A DNA stretch of 64,000 nucleotides from an uncultured Alphaproteobacteria bacterium. GTDB taxonomy: Bacteria > Pseudomonadota > Alphaproteobacteria > Rhizobiales > Beijerinckiaceae. A model generated the notes under the pieces. The model made no database searches. It was not told where the DNA came from and saw only the letters and a program-made list of their open reading frames with translations. The DNA lies in the NCBI GenBank assembly GCA_963704315.1, contig OY969887.1, forward strand, positions 1,907,069 through 1,971,068, read 5' to 3'. The position numbers were made by a program, and so were the translations under genes. Of the stretch, positions 58,913 through 64,000 are shown piece after piece. How positions within the stretch are numbered: position 1 is the first letter of the stretch; each line of letters opens with the position of its first letter.

Positions 58913-60025
58913 TTATTCAGGTGTTGCGAGACATCCCCCTTGCAACGGCTCTTTGACGCCCGTCGTCGTCGGAAAGGTGATCGGCAGATTTTTCAGCCGC
59001 CGCACGGCGAGATAGGCAAAGGCCTGCGCCTCCATCGCATCGGCCGACCAGCCGAGCGTGTCCGCAAGCACCAAGCCGCAGGGCAGGCGCTGCATCAACT
59101 CCCAGCGCAGGGCGAGATTATGCGCGCCGCCGCCGCAAAGAATTGCAAGCTTCGGCACCTGCGGCAGATGCGTGAGGCCATTCACGATGCTCTGCGCCGT
59201 AAAGGCCGTCAGAGTCGCTGCCGCGTCCTCGAGCCGCACGGCCTCGACACGAGCGGCTGAAAATTCGTTGCGGTCGAGCGATTTCGGCGGCGCCCGGTCG
59301 AAATAGGGATGCGCGAGGAGATCGACGAGAGCGGCAAAATCGATCCGCCCCTGGCTCGCGGCAAACCCGCCCTCATCCATCGGCACGCCTTGACGGCGAA
59401 ACATCAGATCGTCGATGAGCGCATTGCCAGGCCCGGTATCGAAGGCCAACGGATCATTATCCCCCGCGAGAAAGGTGAGATTGGCGACGCCGCCGACATT
59501 CAGCACCACGACCGGCTCCGTGAGCCCCGCCGCCAGGGCGAGCGCCTTGTGATAGATGGGCACGAGCGGCGCCCCCTGCCCGCCCGCGGCGACATCGGCG
59601 GCGCGAAAATCATGGACGAGAGGCAGCCGCAACGCGGGCGCCAGAGCGGCGCCGTCGCCGATCTGCACAGTGAGGCCTTCGCCTGGGCGGTGCAGCACGG
59701 TCTGGCCATGAAAGCCGACGACGTCGATCGAGCTGCGCGCCAATCCCTCTGCCGCGAGAAAGGCTTCGACGGCCGCGACATGGCGCTCCGTCACCATGGC
59801 CTCGGCTTCGGCGAGCACGCCCGGCCGGGCCAAACGATCGGTGAGCGTCGTGGCCGCGGCGACGGCCTGTTGCAGCAAGGCGCGGTCCTCGGGCGCATAG
59901 AAGAAGGAGCGCGTGGCACCAGGCATAACGCGCGCTTCGCCATCGGTCTCGATGACGGCGATATCGACGCCATCCATCGACGTGCCGCTCATCAGCCCGA
60001 TGGCCCGAAGCATGGACATAGACAC
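58913..60025 (-). CDS. anmK: anhydro-N-acetylmuramic acid kinase
   Basis: IGLMSGTSMDGVDIAV, GFHGQTV, NVGGVAN and DTGPGN are typical AnmK motifs. Confidence 0.9.
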   Translation of the reverse strand: MSMSMLRAIGLMSGTSMDGVDIAVIETDGEARVMPGATRSFFYAPEDRALLQQAVAAATTLTDRLARPGVLAEAEAMVTERHVAAVEAFLAAEGLARSSIDVVGFHGQTVLHRPGEGLTVQIGDGAALAPALRLPLVHDFRAADVAAGGQGAPLVPIYHKALALAAGLTEPVVVLNVGGVANLTFLAGDNDPLAFDTGPGNALIDDLMFRRQGVPMDEGGFAASQGRIDFAALVDLLAHPYFDRAPPKSLDRNEFSAARVEAVRLEDAAATLTAFTAQSIVNGLTHLPQVPKLAILCGGGAHNLALRWELMQRLPCGLVLADTLGWSADAMEAQAFAYLAVRRLKNLPITFPTTTGVKEPLQGGCLATPE

Positions 60026-60245
60026 CTCTCGCCGCGCCGAATCCCCGATCTCATCGTCTTAAGAGAGCGGGCCTGCAAGGAAAATCGATTTTGCAGAGCA
60101 ATACACCGAAGGTCGCATCCGCGCGGCGAAATAAAAATGCGCTTCAGCAACGGAAATTGCTTGCACTTCTGGGTGATCGCTCCTGTATCTTCATCAGAAT
60201 GTCGAGCGGTGATCCAAGCTTGCCGCATCCTCGGGAGGCACAGAA

Positions 60246-60893
60246 ATGAAGCAAGAACTGACGACGAGGCTCGTCTCCTTCGTCGGACAAAAGGGCGGCG
60301 TCGGCAAGAGCTCTCTCGCCCGGCTGCTTTCGGTCGGCGCGGCGCGCGGCGGCCGCAAAGTGCTGCTCGCCGATTTCGACCTCGATCAGCTCACCTGTCT
60401 CGAATGGAACGCCGTGCGCCTGCGTCACAATCTCGAGCCCGAGATCGATGTGCGCCCGTTCAAGAGCCTGAAGAAATTGCGCAAGACGGAGGAGACATTC
60501 GATCTCATCGTCGCCGATACGCGCGGCCTCGCCGACGAGCTTACGAAAGAGGTGGCGGAGGAAAGCTCGGTCGTCTTTCTGCCGACCGGCACATCGGGCG
60601 ATGATCTGCGCCCGACCTTGGCGCTGGCGCGCCGGCTCGCCAAACACGGCGCCGACGGCAAGCTCACCTTCATCCTGTCGAAGACCGGCCGCTCGGAGCG
60701 GCAGATCGCGGCGGCCTTGAAACAGATCGAGGATCAAGGCTATTCGGTCCTCGCGACGAATTGGGCGCTGCGCGACGGGCTGCAATCGGAATTCGATCTC
60801 GGCGGCGTCGGCTTCGAATCGCGCAATCATTATCTGCGCGACATCGCCGACCTTATGGGCAAGGCGCTGATCGAGCGCGTATTCAACGGATAG
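60246..60893 (+). CDS. orphan ParA/MinD-superfamily ATPase (215 aa)
   Basis: Deviant Walker A VGQKGGVGKSS, DFDLDQ and IVADTRG. It is preceded by GGGAGG. No parB-like gene is adjacent. Confidence 0.78.
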   Translation: MKQELTTRLVSFVGQKGGVGKSSLARLLSVGAARGGRKVLLADFDLDQLTCLEWNAVRLRHNLEPEIDVRPFKSLKKLRKTEETFDLIVADTRGLADELTKEVAEESSVVFLPTGTSGDDLRPTLALARRLAKHGADGKLTFILSKTGRSERQIAAALKQIEDQGYSVLATNWALRDGLQSEFDLGGVGFESRNHYLRDIADLMGKALIERVFNG

Positions 60894-60959
60894 ACGAAAA
60901 AATAAGCACGGCCGTTTTGATCGCGGTACATTGACCTTAACGCCAGCCCGGCGCTAGCA

Positions 60960-61150
60960 TGGCTTTGATGGTTCCCTTCGGGGATCAAAAGGGAACGTGG
61001 TGGGGCTGCTTTGTCCGAAGCCACGGCTGCCCCCGCAACTGTAAGCGACGAGCCACCTCCTTTTTGCCACTGGGCCGCATGGATTTTTAAACATGCACCT
61101 GGGAAGGCGGAGGCGGCGCCGACCCGCGAGCCAGGAGACCTGCCATCATT
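60960..61150 (+). promoter_or_regulatory. cobalamin (B12) riboswitch
   Basis: All conserved blocks are present: AAAAGGGAACGTGGTG, GGCTGCCCCCGCAACTGTAAGCG, GCCACTGGG...CTGGGAAGGCGG, and the B12 box GAGCCAGGAGACCTGCC. It lies upstream of a Ni/Co transporter gene. Confidence 0.85.
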
Positions 61151-61256
61151 CGACGTCAACGCAGAACCATCGGGCGGGGTGTCTCGATGTGAAGGCCGCA
61201 ACAGCTTTTGCGGCTGCCTTCTGCAATGACATGAAGACGTCAAAGGCAGAATCTCC

Positions 61257-62312
61257 ATGCTCACTTCTCTCAAAAGGCTGTTCGACGCGAGCGCGCCCGA
61301 TCTCAAGGCGCGCCTCATCATCATCAGCGGCATTCTCGCTGTCCTCAACATCGGCGCCTGGCTCTGGGCGCTTCTCGCCTTCCATGACAAACCGGCGCTC
61401 CTCGGGATCGCTCTGCTGATCTATGGGCTGGGCTTGCGTCACGCCGTCGATGCAGACCATATTGCGGCGATCGACAATGTCACCCGCAAGCTCATGCAGA
61501 TGAAAGAGCGGCCCGTCGCGGTCGGCTTTTTCTTCGCCATGGGCCACTCGACCATTGTGATCATCGCCGCTGGCGCCGTTGCAGTCGCGGCGACCTTGGT
61601 CGGCAGCTTCAGCGCCTTCCAGAGCATCAGCGGACTTGTCGGAACTGGCGTCTCGGCGCTGTTCCTGCTCGCCATCGCGGCGATGAACATCATCATTTTC
61701 GTCTCGATCTACCGGAGCTACCGACGCCTACGCGCTGGCGGCGCCTACGTCGAGGAGGACCTCGATGTCCTGCTCAACAATCGCGGCCTCCTTTCGCGCA
61801 TCTTCCGGCCGCTGTTCCAGCTCGTCACCAGGAGCTGGCACATGTTCCTGCTCGGCTTCCTGTTCGGGCTCGGCTTCGACACGGCAACAGAGGTTGCCGT
61901 GTTCGGCGTCTCCGCTGCGCAGGCCGCCAAAGGTGTGCCGATCGCGGCCATATTGGTGTTCCCGGTGCTCTTTGCCGCCGGCATGTCCCTCATCGACACG
62001 ACGGATGGGGTGATGATGCTCGGCGCCTATGACTGGGCCTTCGTCAAGCCGATCCGCAAGCTCTATTACAATATGACGATCACCTTGGTGTCGGTGGTGG
62101 TCGCCGTCTGCATCGGCGGCATCGAGGCCTTCGGCCTCATAGCCGACAGACTCGCTCTGAAAGGCGGCTTTTGGGATACGATCGGCGCGCTGAACGACAA
62201 TTTCAACACTCTCGGCTTCGTCATCGTCGGCATCTTTCTCGCCGCCTGGGCGCTCTCTTATGCCATCTATAAAGTGAAGCGCCTAGACGATCTCGACATA
62301 GGCTCCGCTTGA
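61257..62312 (+). CDS. NiCoT-family nickel/cobalt transporter (HoxN/HupN/NixA type)
   Basis: GLRHAVDADHIAAIDN, FFAMGHSTIV and LGFLFGLGFDTATEV are the NiCoT signature motifs. Confidence 0.9.
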   Translation: MLTSLKRLFDASAPDLKARLIIISGILAVLNIGAWLWALLAFHDKPALLGIALLIYGLGLRHAVDADHIAAIDNVTRKLMQMKERPVAVGFFFAMGHSTIVIIAAGAVAVAATLVGSFSAFQSISGLVGTGVSALFLLAIAAMNIIIFVSIYRSYRRLRAGGAYVEEDLDVLLNNRGLLSRIFRPLFQLVTRSWHMFLLGFLFGLGFDTATEVAVFGVSAAQAAKGVPIAAILVFPVLFAAGMSLIDTTDGVMMLGAYDWAFVKPIRKLYYNMTITLVSVVVAVCIGGIEAFGLIADRLALKGGFWDTIGALNDNFNTLGFVIVGIFLAAWALSYAIYKVKRLDDLDIGSA

Positions 62313-62325
62313 GGGAGCCGCTGCG

Positions 62326-62353
62326 GCCGGGCTCGCGCATGCGCGGGCCCGGC
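62326..62353 (+). terminator. GC-rich palindrome downstream of the NiCoT gene
   Basis: gccgggctcgcgca/tgcgcgggcccggc forms a 14-bp stem with one mismatch. The trailing sequence aaaacagctttt is not a clean U-tract. Confidence 0.35.
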
Positions 62354-62460
62354 AAAACAGCTTTTGAAAAGCATATGGGGCCGCCCGTTTCCGCCTCTTG
62401 ACGCGGCGCCGCACGCGGCTAGGGTCGCGCGCTCCCCTGCCCGTTGCGCTGTAGGTCACC

Positions 62461-63723
62461 TTGTCCGACGCCTTTTCTCCGAAATCCGAATTTCTCGCCG
62501 TGCTGATGGCGCGCGGCTACCTGCACCAATGTTCCGACCTCGAAGGGGTCGACGAGAAGGCGCTGAGCGGCGCGCTCACCGCCTATATCGGCTTCGATTG
62601 CACCGCGCCCGCGCTGCATGCGGGCTCGCTGGTGCCGATCATGATGCTGCGCTGGCTGCAGAAGACTGGCGGCAAGCCGATTGCGCTGATGGGCGGCGGC
62701 ACGACACGCGTCGGCGACCCTTCCGGCAAGGACGAGAGCCGCAAGCTCCTCTCGCTCGAGACCATCGAGGCGAATAAGCAGGGCATCAAGCAGGTCTTCG
62801 CGAAGTTTCTGACTTTCGGCGAGGGCAAGACGGATGCGATCATGCCCGACAATGCCGAATGGCTCGCAACGCTCAATTACATCGACTTCCTGCGCGATGT
62901 CGGCCGGCATTTTTCGGTCAACCGCATGCTGGCCATGGATTCGGTGAAGCTGCGGCTCGAGCGCGAGCACGAGCTTTCCTTCATCGAATTCAACTACATG
63001 TGCCTTCAGGCTTATGATTTTGTAAAACTTTATAAGCGGTATGGCTGCTCGTTGCAGATGGGCGGCTCCGACCAATGGGGCAATATCATCACGGGCATCG
63101 ACCTCGGCCGCAGAATGGGGACGGCGCAGCTCTATGCGCTCACCTCGCCGCTGTTGACGACGGCATCGGGCGCCAAAATGGGCAAGACCGCCGCCGGCAC
63201 CGTCTGGCTCGATGCGGAAATGCTGAGCGTTTACGACTATTGGCAATATTGGCGCAATTGCGAGGATGCGGATGTCGGCCGTTTTCTAAAGCTCTTCACC
63301 GAATTGCCGCTCGCCGAGATCGAAAGGCTCGAAGCTTTGCGCGATGCCGAAATCAATGAGGCGAAAAAAATTCTCGCGACCGAAGCGACCGCCATGGTGC
63401 ATGGGCGCGCGGCGGCGGCGCTTGCCGCCGAGACGGCGCGCAAGACATTCGAGGAGGGCACTCTGGCAATAGACTTGCCGACGTTCGAGATCGAAATGGC
63501 CAAACTTGAAGCGGGCTTTGGCGTGCTCCAAGCCAATGTCGACGCTGGGCTCGTGTCATCGACCAGCGAGGCGCGCCGTCAAATCAAAGGACACGGCCTC
63601 AAAGTGAATGACGTCACGATCACCGATCCAAATGCAGTCCTTGGCAAGAAAGACATTAAGGACGGCGTGATCAAGCTCTCGCTCGGCAAGAAGAAGCATG
63701 TGCTCTTGAAGCCGCAGGGCTGA
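62461..63723 (+). CDS. tyrS: tyrosine--tRNA ligase
   Basis: The HIGH-region variant is [14 protein letters not shown], with KMGKT (KMSKS) and a C-terminal S4 domain. The start is a TTG. Confidence 0.95.
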   Translation: MSDAFSPKSEFLAVLMARGYLHQCSDLEGVDEKALSGALTAYIGFDCTAPALHAGSLVPIMMLRWLQKTGGKPIALMGGGTTRVGDPSGKDESRKLLSLETIEANKQGIKQVFAKFLTFGEGKTDAIMPDNAEWLATLNYIDFLRDVGRHFSVNRMLAMDSVKLRLEREHELSFIEFNYMCLQAYDFVKLYKRYGCSLQMGGSDQWGNIITGIDLGRRMGTAQLYALTSPLLTTASGAKMGKTAAGTVWLDAEMLSVYDYWQYWRNCEDADVGRFLKLFTELPLAEIERLEALRDAEINEAKKILATEATAMVHGRAAAALAAETARKTFEEGTLAIDLPTFEIEMAKLEAGFGVLQANVDAGLVSSTSEARRQIKGHGLKVNDVTITDPNAVLGKKDIKDGVIKLSLGKKKHVLLKPQG

Positions 63724-63777
63724 AAATCCGCAAGCTTTTCGGACATCACGCGCCAAGCCGCTTTGACGCCATGTGCT

Positions 63778-64000
63778 CTAGGGTTGCGGTGATGCGCTGA
63801 AAGAGCCTGTGCCTGCACCGGGCGAGGTGAGATCGATCGCACCGAAAATCTTGCGGAAAATGCCTGGCGCGATCGCCGACAAGGGATTGATGTTGAGCAT
63901 CGGCTTGGTCGCGGCGCCGGAAATCCGGTAATTGACGGCGAACAGCCCTTCATGCATCCCGCCGCCAAGAAGCGGGCCGAAGAGCGGGATCTGCGTGAAG
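63778..64000 (-). CDS. C-terminal end of an AsmA/YhdP-like large envelope protein (5' part outside window)
   Basis: The frame is open to the window edge. GGGMHEGLFAVNYRISGAATKPMLNINPLSAIAPGIFRKIF resembles the conserved AsmA-family C-terminus. Confidence 0.5.
   Translation of the reverse strand, partial: FTQIPLFGPLLGGGMHEGLFAVNYRISGAATKPMLNINPLSAIAPGIFRKIFGAIDLTSPGAGTGSFSASPQP

Overview
This 64-kb window looks like a chromosomal segment from a high-GC alphaproteobacterium of Rhizobiales/Hyphomicrobiales type. That assignment is an inference from an ExoR-like Sel1 protein, opgGH, two Irr-type ICE boxes, an alpha-type proS and Rhizobiales-style palindromic intergenic repeats.

Layout:
- 1-2.2 kb: end of a glycogen operon (glgA 3' end and an alpha-glucan phosphorylase).
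- 2.2-20.7 kb: a mosaic surface-glycan locus with lower G+C. It holds gmd, seven glycosyltransferases (two of them tandem paralogs), an FkbM methyltransferase and a GDP-heptose module (hddA, gmhB, hddC plus an SDR). It also contains remnants of at least three IS families, a 5'-truncated FAD-oxidoreductase gene and two gene stubs. It ends at tRNA-Gly(UCC). No Wzx/Wzy/ABC exporter or gmhA is in the window.
- 21-64 kb: mostly housekeeping genes. These are exoR-like, mntR/mntH, panE, a PilZ gene, lolD plus a LolC/E permease, proS, the sulfate ABC operon, glmS, glmU, opgGH, an FTR1 iron permease, a DEAD-box helicase, sufA, wrbA, pirin, lysR, a nifS-like gene followed by sufBCDS and DUF59, an alpha/beta hydrolase, anmK, an orphan ParA-like ATPase, a cobalamin riboswitch with a NiCoT transporter, tyrS and an AsmA-like C-terminus.

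Most notable observations:
- A low-GC orphan ORF (57958-58512) has GIY-YIG-nuclease-like motifs and sits in a scar with an ISL3 fragment and an SDR stub.
- The gene set is compatible with a GDP-6-deoxy-heptose type pathway, but it is split by gene wreckage.
- Two near-consensus Irr ICE boxes lie upstream of the suf operon and the FTR1 permease.
- The suf cluster appears to be interrupted by a lysR-pirin-wrbA block.
- There are several perfect inverted and tandem repeats and a 0.7-kb stretch with no convincing coding sequence.

No CRISPR array, rRNA or intact mobile element was seen. I found no clearly novel multi-gene system. All functional calls come from reading the supplied translations and recognising motifs or families, not from database searches.
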